This document shows positions 36,272 through 46,804 of a DNA stretch of 64,000 bases, in pieces (positions within the stretch are counted from its first letter, which is position 1; each line of letters opens with the position of its first letter). The DNA comes from Podarcis bocagei. Its lineage: Eukaryota. The notes beneath the pieces were generated by a model. It had not been told where the DNA came from and made no database searches. It was given only the letters and a program-made list of their open reading frames with translations. The stretch lies in the NCBI GenBank assembly GCA_964188305.1, contig OZ076889.1; one strand, given 5' to 3'. The translations under genes were made by a program, and so were the position numbers.

Positions 36272-39254
36272 CATAGCTATTTGGAACTGACCCAGCTTCT
36301 TGCACCTTGCTTGGATAAACTCGGTACTGCAAAAACCTCTAATAATAAATCAATCTGGAAGAGAGACAGAGCAGTGTTCAAATTACATGACCTAACCCTG
36401 CTAAGTTCTGGATTGTCCTTCTCTCACAGCAGACTGCCCTTACTTCTTGTAAGCTTTAGAATTGTCCCTGGATCCCTACTGCCTGCAGGAAAGAAGCAAT
36501 CACTGCTATGAATTAGAGGATCTGAATTCATATTCTCCAGCCTCTAACAGCAGTGAGTTAGGGTCTAAATGGCCTAAGGAAAGCTATCAGAGACCCAGAA
36601 TTGTGCCTTGTCTCAGTTAGCAGCAAGGGGTACAATATAAATGTCCCAAAACTTGTTCTGCACATTGATAGGTCTTGCCATACCATGGAGTCTTTGGAGA
36701 CATCCATATCACAGCTAAGCTGTGTGCAACAGTTCCTTGTTAGCTGCTGCACCTTTTATTTTTTAAGTCTTGTTAGCTAGATCGTACAACGTCCTACAGA
36801 GGAACCCACTGTGTGCTCCAAGCTGATTAAAATGAATGACAGCAAAATAGCTGCCTTGGCTAAAGAAAGTCAAAAGGTTTTGCCCATGCTGAAACAAATG
36901 CCCCTACTGTTGCAGGTGGTTTTGATGTTCTTATATCAAAGGCGATCCCTGCAAAACTATCAAACACAGGCAAACTGTAACAACACTCTTCTATGACTGT
37001 AGTAGCTAGGTTATCTTTTCTTCCATAGTTTTTAAAAAATAAAAATAAACCAAGATGACAAGGGCATAAGGCACCAATCCAACTCTATTTCTAGGGTCTC
37101 CAATGTGGCATATTTGGGCACCAAGGGCACACTCTAGCATCCTCTTTACCACCCACCAAGTGCCTTTGCTCCCCTGCATTTTTATATTTTTATTTTTATT
37201 GAGAGCTTTCCTTCTGTTTGGTAGGGGACTATTGTGATGGTTGCTTTTTTATCCGTGTTTTATTTGTTGGAGAGGATAGGCGTTTTGCCTCCTCGGGAAG
37301 GGTTCAGAGCATCATCAGTTTTTCTTCTGTGAAATGGGTAGTCTCTGGTGCCTCCTAAAGTTTTCTAGATCTCCAAATGTGGCCTCTGCAACCAAAAGGG
37401 TTGCGGACCTCTACTCTAGTTACATGCTATAATTAGTGGCCATGGCCCTGATAAGGAATACTTATTCATCCTTCTCAAAAAATGCTTTCTCCAGCCCATT
37501 CAGTGGGGTCTGGGCAAAGCACACAACTCAGGATAACACTTCATGAAAGCATACATTCCACAATAGATTTGTTAGGTGCCACAACAAGCCTCTTTGCTAT
37601 TTCCATTGGTTGTTAGATTACCACGCAGCCTTTTTCTCTGTGGCTTGGGGGTGGGGGTGGTGCATCTGATTGTGATTAGAAGTTGTGACAGTTCCAGGTG
37701 ACCTTCCTCAGTGGCCTGCCCCATCTGTCAGTGTTTTTGCTGCCCCCATGACAGAGTCGAGTGCTGCCTCTGCACCTTCCCTTGATTGAAGCCCTGGAGG
37801 CTGGATGATGGATGGCCTTCTCTTTCCACATTTCTCCTTCTGGCCTCAGGACTGACACCATGAGATTGAGCAGCAGGCTGGTCCCTCCCTCTGCCTACAT
37901 TATCCATGACAATCACTGTGAAATGAAGGCTGAGGTTGATGGCTGCATCTTCCAGGGGGTGGAAACCAATATGGCGCACTGAGCAATGGAGAGGTAGATG
38001 CTTGGAGCTACTGGATGGTTAACTATGGAAAGCAGGGTGGTCAGATGCAAAAGGAGACTGAAGCACCTTTAACAGTTGTCATAGAAGGGGGTGGGCAGGA
38101 TTTCAGCAAGCATTATTATTATTATTATTATTAATTCCCCACCCATATGGCTGGGTTGCCCCAGCCATTCTGGGCAGCTTCCAACACACATAAAAACATA
38201 ATAAAATGTCAAACATTAATAATAACAATCTGATCCAATACAGACTGATTCTGTCTCAGAATCAGTCCTCCTACCACCCTCTTCCACCAGATAGGCTTAT
38301 GGGACAGATCTCTTATATAGCAGCTGAGACCAAGTAGTTTACCAGATCCAGAATAAATAAATGCTCCCACTGCTCCCTGTTGGGTATCTGAGGTGAGATA
38401 CCCATTTAGCAGAAGTTGCTCCCAATTCCAGGCACCACCCAGAGGCAGCTTAAGGTAGGTGTTTTTGTTTTTGTTTTGGAAAACTTTAGCCTTTTAATCA
38501 CAGGCATTTTTGTTGTTGCTTCCTCAGCTATTGCCTCCAGCCTTGGCTTCTGTTTCATGTTGGTCTTCTGCTGGAAACAAAGCACATGTGATAACAGTCA
38601 GCCAGAAAAGGTAGTCCAGTTCTGATGCATGACTTTGTGACGCATGGAGTGCAAAACCCACATGATGTCATGCACACCACATTCTTGAGAGGGAGGCAGA
38701 TAGTGCGTTTGCACAGAAATTCAAAGGCACTTCAAAATCTTACAATGGATTAACTTTTGTCTGAGTTCATCTTATGAATTATGACAGTTTCAGTTGACCC
38801 AGGCTCCCTTGTATCCACTAGAGGGAACAGGGTTGCAAAGGGCTTCAGGGAGGGTGGCTGTGCGCTTGAGTTAATTGAAACCAACAGTGAAGTCTCAGAC
38901 TCATTAATATTAGCAGTGCTGACTCTGTTTGTTAAACCCTGTTGGACTGATCTTTCCCATTAGCTTATAAAAATAAGAAATGGGTTATTGCAAATCTTGG
39001 GTTGGCTGCTCCTTTCACTGTCTGGTGGGGTTGGGAGGAAAGCTAAGAAGCTTGCAGCAGTCCACTATAGAAATCAAACAAAGTAAATTGCATCCAACTC
39101 ACTAGGCCATTTTTTAAAAAGATGTATAAATATTCTATCAAATTCTAATGGATAATACAATTTAATGATGTAGGTGGCATTACTTGCTATAACCAGTCTT
39201 TCCACCCATATAGTTAACTGTCTTACCTACAGGAATAACAAAGGGGTTAAAAAC

Positions 39255-39344
39255 CATAGCTGTCAACGTTTCCCTTTTTTAAAGGGAAATTCCCTTATTC
39301 CGAATAGGATTCCTCACAAGAAAAGGGAAAAGTTGACAGCTATG
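39255..39344. mobile_element. 90-bp hAT-type MITE, copy 1
   Basis: TIR CATAGCTGTCAAC...GTTGACAGCTATG; perfect 8-bp TSD TTAAAAAC at 39247-39254 and 39345-39352. Confidence 0.92.
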
Positions 39345-39369
39345 TTAAAAACTACTCTTTGCATATCTA

Positions 39370-39560
39370 TAGGGAGGCAGAGGCTCTAGCTCAGAGTGAA
39401 GCACATGTTGGGCATGTGCATAGGGTCCCAGATTCAATGCCTCCTGTCTCCAATTGAAACGTCTTTGGCGACAGAGCTGGGAAAGTTGTTTGCATGTGAC
39501 ATTGGAAAACTGCCGCAAGCCCCTAGCCTAGATAGACCATTGATTCAGTTTCATTTAAGT
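39370..39560 (+). mobile_element. Degenerate tRNA-derived SINE (Squam3-like)
   Basis: TAGCTCAGAG...AGCACATG...GGTCCCAGATTCAAT...CTCCA...GCTGGGAAAG...CTAGATAGACCATTG, similar to the 18278 copy. Confidence 0.55.
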
Positions 39561-40964
39561 GGTGTCGTGTATATCTCTCAATTTTGAGCAGATGTTAAGA
39601 AACTGGTGGGAGGATAAGCAAAATTTTCCAGGCCTAGGAGGTGCCCTGCAAAGGCCTTTGCCCCACCACATAAGTAACAGGAGTTGAGAAAATTGTGTTT
39701 AATGTGCATAATCTATACAGCTTACAAAACTTGGTATTGACTTTGTGCTGGCTGGTGCAAAATGATTTTTAAAAAACACATCACAGAGCTCCGAGTATGG
39801 CAGCAACTCCTTCACTAATACAGTATGAGAGATGCAAGCAAATTAGGAGTTCAGTGTTTAATCAGTAAGTTGGTTAGCTGATCAGTTAAAAAAATTACTA
39901 GCAGGACATTCTTATATACACTTTCCAGGGAGTAAGTCCCATTGAGCTCAGAGTACACATGTATTGTACTGTAAAATAGTACCCCCAGTTCATCAGGCAG
40001 TGCATGTACGTGTGTGTGTGTGTGTGTTTTGTTTGCAGAGAGAGAGAGATATGAGCCATAGATAGCAAGCACAATTTAAGAGAAGCCATCTCCCTTCTCT
40101 CACTCACAGGAAGGTTTTCTCATGTAAGATCCTGCCTGCTCTGACAAGTGTGTGTGTCACTTAAAACCAAAGGAAGTATGCTTCATACTCCAGAAAGAGT
40201 GTTCTACAAAGCATATGTTTACTGAAACTTATATATGATTCATGGATACAAACATATTTATTGGGGTTGCAGCCCTAGTACAATGCCAGGTGATTCAAAG
40301 CCCCCTCTGTGCATGGCAAGGCTTCCTGTTCTCTCCTCTGAAGTGGAATACTTTGCAGGCACGGATTCTGCCTGATGCCTGCAGCAATGCACATCAAGGC
40401 AAGCAGGAAAGTCTTTGTGTGAATGGTGCACAGCCTTACATAAGTCTCTAGACTTGGGATAGCTCTCCAGTGAAAAATCAATGGAGTTATATATTGTAGA
40501 ATCTATTTGGGCCTCTGGAAAGGTTTACTTCTTCCCAGTCTGGACAACGGTCAGGCAGAATGGTAATCAGCTCCGTAATTTGTTGCCTGTCAACCTCTAG
40601 AAGACCACCACACTTTAGAAAGGCTCTGAAGACTTGTTTGTTTCAGGCAGAGCTATGCATGGTGTGTATGTGTGCATAGCTTTATTGCTCTCAGAAATGG
40701 ATGAACTGGGGATTTTATATTCTGGGGTGGGTAGGTGTATCATTACTGCAGGCTCATTTAGCTTGCAGTGCTGCTAGAAGTAACCTTGTCTCTTGTATTT
40801 ATATTTTCTATTTCTGTTGTGTTTTGGAAATTTTTATCATGTAAGCTGCTTTGAGGGAGCTTTGCTTGGAAAGGAGGTCTAGAAATGTTTTTAAAATTGT
40901 ATTTTCAGTTTTGGTCACTGTCCCCTTCAACTGGAATTAATTATGCACAGCACAAGGATTGTCC

Positions 40965-40993
40965 ATCAATCAATCAATCAATCAATCAATCAA
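40965..40993. repeat. (ATCA)n tetranucleotide repeat
   Basis: Seen directly. Confidence 0.95.
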
Positions 40994-42310
40994 GAGTCTC
41001 TGTAGAGGAAACGACCCACTGTCTGAAATCAGTAAGGCCCTGATCCACTGAAAACCTAAACTTGAGCTTCTATGACTGTAACTGACTGGTGCAATTATTT
41101 ACAGACAAGTGAGTTTAAAATATTTTTTATCTGTTCCCGAGCACCACAACTCCTGCTTCCTTTTCCTGAAGGAGGTTCACCCCTGGAAACAGTATACCTT
41201 TTGCTTTATAGCTCAACTTGCACCAAGGCCTCAGGGTAGGTGAAAGCAGTTTTATCTGGGAAGCTTAACAGAGAAGCTTCCCAGTTCTTAGGGGGTTCAT
41301 TTTTATTAGGTATTATGCCAACATTGCTAAAATGGCTCAATACCAACCATGACTGACCACTTGGCCCCCTCTCCTCTCTGAGAACTGCCAGCTATAAAAT
41401 TTCAATTCCTGCAAATGAAACTATTATTTATATGAATCTACTCCATTATAATTTGGCTCAATCGTTTTTGGCAACTGACTGGGAAGGAGCTATAAGAAGT
41501 CTGCAGACTGGGTTCGTTTTGTGTTTTGTGAATTGCCTGTGGTCACCTAAGTCAAGCAATTCCCATGTGCTAGATTAAGGTATGCTCATAAGTGATGAGA
41601 GTCTTTTGTTGCCAGGTGATTGGCAGCGGCTGTTCTGGCAGTCTGGCACAAGTGATTGATGACAGCACCTCCCGTTCTGAGAGCTGATTGGTGGGTCCCA
41701 AACTAGGACAAAAAATCATTTGTGGCTCTCTCTCCTTGATGAAATACATTGGAAATGCTAGCCTAAATTATTTCCTTTTTCACTATACCACTTTCAAGTA
41801 CCAAAAGTCCCCTTCACAGTGCTGGCACTATTACCAGTGAGGACCTTTCCTTTAAGGCTCCCGGCTGTCATCTCAGTGGAGGAGTGAAGAGATAAGCCTT
41901 CCTTTTCCCTGCTGCTGCCTTTGGAGTGTGAATCAGCCCCCCCTCCCATCCCTTTAATTCACCAAGGAAAAGCAAGATATGTAGCTGCTTGCTATGTTTT
42001 AAAGTGCGCATCTAGTTTGGCTCCAGGGCATTAGATGCAGGGAATACTGCTGTTAATCCAGGCAAAAGTTCCAACCTGACTCAGAGGTGATTATAGTCTT
42101 TCCAGATCAGGCAGATCCAAAAGGGGTGTGTGTATGTATTATGGAGTCAAGGAACCTTATGCTGCCTACTCTATCCTACAGCTTCATTACCCACCCACCC
42201 CCCACATCGGGGCGGCATCAGAGGGCATGAGGGGTTTTGCTTTTAGCCTCAGCAGATTCTGCAGAACCTGTTCTTACCATGATGCTCTTGCCTAAGCCCT
42301 TAGCCCTAAT

Positions 42311-42385
42311 CATAGCTGTCAACTTGGAAATTCCCTTATTCCGAATAGGATTCCTCGCAAGAAAAGGGAAAAGTTGACAGCTATG
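42311..42385. mobile_element. 75-bp hAT-type MITE, copy 2
   Basis: Same TIRs and core as 39255-39344; perfect TSD GCCCTAAT at 42303-42310 and 42386-42393. Confidence 0.92.
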
Positions 42386-43114
42386 GCCCTAATTTCAAAC
42401 CAAAGGATAATTATTGTTTGTTTTACTTCCTTGGCTCACATTTTGCCCTTGTTAGCCTTGCTTCTCCCATTCTTCACCTCTCGTGTCATCGCAATTAAAA
42501 TTCGAGGCTCCAGTCCTATAACCATTTAGCTGAGAATAAGCCTGTTTGAATTCAGTATGGCTTATTGCCTCTGACTCTGAATAGGATTGCTCTGCAAGCC
42601 TCCTTGAGTAGATGCTACTCTGTATATTGCCTTGAATTCATCATCATGGGAGGAAAGAGTCTGTCTTCAATTGTAGATTTTCTCTCTTGCCACCAAAAGG
42701 CTGCTGTGGAATCTTCTTTCCAGTGCAACACAGTAGGAGCTGGAAGTTGGGTTGGTGGAGGAGGGGGTGAAGATTGAGGAAACCTTGGAAGCATCCTAGC
42801 AGAAAGGCATGGTGGGAAAAGCCAGCCAAGGCAGACATTTGTCCAACAAAGGGATGGAGAATGAGTGTCTTTCCAAATGTTTCTGGACTACAACTGCCAT
42901 CATTCTTGATTACTGGCCATGTTGACTTGAGCTCATTGGAGTTGGAATCCAGCCACATCTGGAGAGCCACATGTTTTTCCCACACCTGTTCCACCTCCTG
43001 CTTTTTGAAGGCCAGCATTTGTGGGGAGTGATACTTTGCAACTTTATCAGATAGGATTATCCAAGCTACATCAGTGGATTCTAGCCCTGGTGGCTATGCT
43101 CTTCCTCCATCATC

Positions 43115-43268
43115 AGAAGCAGCATGCTTCTGGAAGCCACAGGAGGGAAGAATGCTCTTGTGGATGCATCCTGCTTGCAGGTTTCCCACAGGCATCTGGG
43201 TAGCACTGTGAGAACAGGATGCTAGATGGGCCATTGGCCTGATCCAGTTGGCTCTTCCTATGTTGTTA
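43115..43268 (+). mobile_element. LINE/SINE 3' fragment family ending in ...CTGATCCAGCAGGGCTCTTCTTATGTTCTTA-like tail
   Basis: Related copies at ~51110-51270, ~57125-57281, ~13160-13208 and (reverse) ~12128-12160. Confidence 0.6.
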
Positions 43269-44283
43269 TCCACATATGCCTTATCCATTAAATGCAAACA
43301 GGCAATATTTGGTGGAATCCTTCAAACTTTGATGACTGAGTTTTTGTTTTCTTAGTGGTGAGTTAACAACAAGATCTGAAGTGCACTCTTTGTTATCTTG
43401 GCAAAGGTTCCAGTGACTTAAGCCAAAAGTGCAGTTTCGGTATTGGGAATACTAACAGATCATTATTCTTACTCAGCTAATCAGTGACAAGCACTGTTAC
43501 ACTCATTCTGACAGTCAATTGCACTGCATATACTTGCTGGAAAATGTAATATCAGTGAGGTCTCACATCTGATATTCAACATACCGTAAATTGCTGTACT
43601 GTACAGATTTTCACAGTAGCATACATGAAGACGTCCCCCCCCCCTTATTCTTATTTCTAATAAGCCCTTGGAAATGTAGAAACGAGAAACCTATCTTTGT
43701 GGAATGGATTTTTGGGGGAATTATTAAAAAGATCTTTGTGAGTTATTAAGGGATATTAATTAGAATTTCAAACTTCAGCTGTATTTTCTCTTCCTACTAT
43801 TATTGTTAGTCCCTATGAGATCTATTTAAGTGTTTGGCAAGCCGTCTGAGATTAATTTATATCCCCCAACTTCACACCTATTCAAACCATGCATGTCCCC
43901 ATTCTATTCCCTAGAATGTGTCCCCAAACTTGAAGCAATCTTTTATCAAGACAATTTGTCTTTTGCTTCATTTTCTCAATTCTTTGTATTGTGTGTGTGG
44001 TCCCCGACTCAGGGTTAAGGAGTGGTTAACATGCATGCGAAGGTGATGGTTAGTTGATGAAGGCTCTGTGTGAAAGGAAGTGAAGGGAAGATCTCCCAGG
44101 GTGGGAGGCTGGGAGAAGTAAGGAAAGCTACTAGCTGAGAGCTGGGAGGGCTTACCTTTCTCTGTGTGGGCCAAGCTAAATTTTACCTGTGAAGGAGGAC
44201 TTATATTCTCCCCCCTTCTCTTTCTCTCTTGGCTCTTTGTTCTTAGATTAGTTCATTCTTTTATTGTAACATATTATGAAAAG

Positions 44284-44285
<2 letters not shown>

Positions 44286-44329
<44 letters not shown>

Positions 44330-44377
44330 TATTATTTATACCCGCCCATCTGGCTGGGCTTCCCCAGCCACTCTGGA
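44286..44377 (-). mobile_element. (AAT)n tail plus LINE 3'-end fragment (TTTATACCCGCCCATCTGGCTGGGCTTCCCCAGCCACTCTGG)
   Basis: Related fragments at ~38112-38190, ~50700-50750 and (opposite strand) ~56450-56535, each next to an ATT/AAT run. Confidence 0.65.
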
Positions 44378-45915
44378 ATTTTTTTTTAAAGGGAAATATT
44401 TTTTTAAAAGATTAAAAGGAAGAAAAGAGGAAAGATGAAGAGAGAAAGGGGGCAGAGGAAGTGAAAGGGGGAGAAAAAACAACAGGTGACATTCTCATGT
44501 CCTACTCCTGTTGTTTAGAAAGCTATTTTCTCTAGTACCATAGCTCTGCCACTATTTAACTACTAGAATTCTACAGAGGATGAGATAATTCCCAGAAGGC
44601 AGAAAATTCCCAGGAAACAAAGGCCAGTTTTTGAACACTTAGAAACCAGAAATCCATCTCCTCAAAACCCACTAGGGCTTTTGCTGCCCCCGTTCCATCC
44701 ATTCTGGTGTCTGGTGCTTTGTTTCAAGATCCTGGCAGTTAAAAATAAAAGCATGAAGGACATTCCAGTGAGATGCAGGGGAGGAATAGGTGGTTTCTGA
44801 TGAGACAATTCAGCCACATGCTGAAGAACAAGGGAAAGGCTAGAGGCTGCAGTTCCAGGTAATCAAGGACAATTAAATAGAGAGATGGAAACCAGAACAG
44901 CAGCAGACCACGTAGTAAATGTGTCACTGCAGAAAAACAACAACTATGAATCAAGGTTGTTGGGTTAGGCCCTAACCCAGCAAGCTGGAATCTCGATCTG
45001 TGTGGTTTTCCTTTAGGAGGAGTGCTTTTCAGTCTGAGCAGAGAAGGTCCTTGAACAGGTCCATATCACTGAGAACGGTAATATGAAACAAGAGAAATGT
45101 GTTCAAGTAAATTCCTCTGGTGACCATAATGGTTTCTCATGGCAGACGTAGGGTAGACTGCCCTTCTTTTCCTTTGTGTTCTTTGATCCCCTTGTTTTGG
45201 CATGTCAGTATGAGGGATGGAATGGGAAAGCTTCATTGAAACATAGCAAAATGAGAAACTGAAGTTTCCATCCCTAGCAGCGAGTAGTAGCTCAAAGGAA
45301 CAAGTGTCTTGTACAGAGTGACTGAGGTTTCAGTCACTGCACTTAGTTAAGTGGGGAAAGGGTTGGTTCATGGCTGTTATGGTATAAGGGGTGGGCAGCA
45401 TTGATTCCTGGCTGCCAGTAGGATGGCACACTCTATCTTTCTCTCTCTTTCCCCCAGTCCCTTGCATCGACCTATGTGGATGTCTAATCTTTGGAAGGAA
45501 AAAAGTTTGGAACCGTTGTCCCTCTTCCTTCTCCGCACAATGCAGTGAGGCATTTACATATGCTGCTACAGATTCTCACGGTCTGCTTTCAGGTGAAGAT
45601 TTACCGATGGTTGTACTCTAGGCGCTTGTGCCTAAAGAAGTGCTGCGTGTTCTGCCTAGGTGCAATATGATGGACTATTTCACAGTGAAATATGATGGGC
45701 CTATTAATAATTGCTGTCTCCTAGTCTGACCTTGAATGGAGCTCCGGTGAAATCCTTGTTAAGTTTCCTTCTCCTTTATTTACAGCTGGGAGTGCACAGA
45801 ACGTTTCCTGCTGCTGCCTGTGTAGTATGAAGACCCGTAGCATATCAATGCATGATCACTGAAATCCTATTTGCCCTCTTTGGGGTATTGATGTAACGGC
45901 TTCCTGCTATGAAGC

Positions 45916-45917
<2 letters not shown>

Positions 45918-46000
<83 letters not shown>
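45918..46000. repeat. Compound (CT)n(CA)n microsatellite next to the CpG island
   Basis: Seen directly. Confidence 0.98.
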
Positions 46001-46369
46001 CCTTTCCCCTCCATCCATGCCCCCCAACTCGCTGCCACCTCAGCTGACTTAGCAGGCTCCCCCCGCGCCTCCCCCATTGATCAAGCAGGCGTACCGGTCT
46101 CCTCCTCGCCTGCTTCAGACTGCAAAGCTCAGCAAGTCTCACTGCGGGCGCTTGGAAAGGAGTTGGGATAGAGGGGAGGGGCTAAAACCACCCTCCGGGG
46201 TTGGAGAATGAACTGCACCACAGAGGCGGAGGCGGAGGCGGAGGAGAGAGAGAGCCCCTTCTCAATTAATGCAGGATCTTTATTCTATTGAGCCGCCTCT
46301 CCGCCAATGAGGTTGGAGCTCCGCAGAATACGGCGACGTACGGGAGCCCTGGAGGGGCGGGTGGGAAAA

Positions 46370-46488
46370 GCAACTGCAGCATTTTGAGGGACTGACCTGT
46401 CGGCTCGAAGTCTTCTGCCCGCCTTGGACTCTGTGTGTGCGTGTGCGGACGCTGGTGTGTATCTGTGTGTCTCCGCACCGGCGAGCGA
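46370..46488 (+). other. Putative non-coding first exon (start approximate) of a downstream neuronal gene
   Basis: Strong donor GCGA|GTAAGT at 46488/46489 downstream of the CCAAT and GC boxes; no ATG between the GC box and the donor. Confidence 0.5.
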
Positions 46489-46783
46489 GTAAGTTTCACT
46501 TTCCTTCTTGTTCTTTGCTTGCATCTGTGTCCGAGGATGTACTTCGGGGTGCATCAGAAACCAGACCTTCCCCTTTCCTTCCGCCTCTTCTGGTGATTGA
46601 TCGTTCCCTAAGTAGTAGCGGGGCTCTGGGACAAAAAGGTTTGGCGAGCGCAAGGGTGGGGAGAGAAACAAGATTAACGCAACAAAACGCCTCCCCTCGC
46701 TTTTAAGTTTACTGCAGCAAGTGGAGTTATTTAGAGAAGCTAGTGGGGATCTCCTCGTCAGCTTTCTGCAGTTGAGCAGAGAA

Positions 46784-46804
46784 TTCACTGGCCGTGGTGC
46801 TGAC
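46784..46804 (-). promoter_or_regulatory. RE1/NRSE (REST binding site)
   Basis: Minus strand GTCAGCACCACGGCCAGTGAA versus consensus TTCAGCACCACGGACAGCGCC; the core TCAGCACCACGG.CAG is intact. Confidence 0.75.
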
